A stretch of 64,000 nucleotides of DNA from the IMG/VR virus record IMGVR_UViG_3300049182_000044, positions 32,001-96,000 of that record; one strand, 5' to 3'. The notes beneath the pieces are model-generated. The model searched no databases and was not told the origin of the DNA. It saw nothing but the letters and a program-made list of their open reading frames with translations. This DNA comes from a virus (lineage: Duplodnaviria; Caudoviricetes). Shown one piece after another: positions 63,661 to 64,000 of this stretch; within the stretch, counting starts at the first letter, position 1; each line of letters begins with the position of its first letter. The translations under genes were made by a program, and so were the position numbers.

Positions 63661-64000
63661 ATGAGCAAAGATATAACATATCTCAACAAGCTGGTTCGTG
63701 ACAGAATACCCGACAACCTTGCTAACGAAGGCAAGCGCGCAGTTCTGACCATTGTCACCGGAGAGGAACTTCTCCAGGCGATGCGTCGCAAGATCATCGA
63801 GGAGGCTAACGAGCTGGCTACCGCTGAAGGCAAGGACAAGATAACAGAAGAAATAGGTGACTTGCTTGAAATCATCGCCGCATATCGAAACGCCTGTGAC
63901 GTTACGGCACACGATGTGCAAGCAGTAATGATGCGTAAAACCAGTAAGAGTGGTAATTTCACGCAAGGCAGATTCCTTATTTCCATTTCAGAAGAGACGA
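63661..64000 (+). CDS. MazG-like nucleotide pyrophosphohydrolase (PRA-PH family), truncated by window end
   Basis: NKLVRDRIPD...KIIEEANE...EEIGDLLEII; no stop before 64000. Confidence 0.8.
   Translation, partial: MSKDITYLNKLVRDRIPDNLANEGKRAVLTIVTGEELLQAMRRKIIEEANELATAEGKDKITEEIGDLLEIIAAYRNACDVTAHDVQAVMMRKTSKSGNFTQGRFLISISEET

Noticed and set aside
1-64000. Genome-wide stop-codon reassignment or inteins in polymerase/helicases
   Set aside because: Many well-supported genes end at TGA, TAG and TAA with coupled downstream starts; no intein C/S...HN motifs or unexplained large inserts in the catalytic cores

Overview
A 64-kb segment of a large (jumbo-type) dsDNA tailed bacteriophage. Every supported gene is on the + strand and the standard genetic code fits. 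Gene content (family-A DNA polymerase with an N-terminal UDG-like domain, beta-clamp-like protein, giant SNF2 helicase) resembles my recollection of the RSL1/Lu11/PaBG jumbo myoviruses. Host-like genes point to a betaproteobacterial, possibly Oxalobacteraceae, host (inference). Layout: (1) 1-18 kb, probable virion/internal proteins, including two paralogous histone-H1-like Lys/Ala proteins and several unrelated proteins sharing a K-h-x-h-S-L-S-A N-terminal motif; (2) 18-39 kb, SNF2 helicase, DNA polymerase, QueE, clamp, UDP-glucose dehydrogenase, a 50-aa mini-pilin missed by the ORF track, and an SF2 helicase; (3) 39-47 kb, small accessory genes (HD hydrolase, acyl carrier protein, YqeY); (4) 47.7-52 kb, a dense RNA island with three tRNA-Lys, three tRNA-like RNAs with intact acceptor/T arms and CCA but no canonical anticodon arm, a circularly permuted two-piece tmRNA with a non-canonical tag, a duplicated unknown RNA motif and several large closed RNA folds; (5) 52-64 kb, Dda-like helicase, a stand-alone ncRNA, NADAR and Tad1-like anti-defence genes, a group I ribozyme core with no visible host gene followed by an HNH endonuclease, PhoH and a MazG-like gene. 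All RNA structures were paired by eye and all protein families were recognised from motifs. No database search was run.
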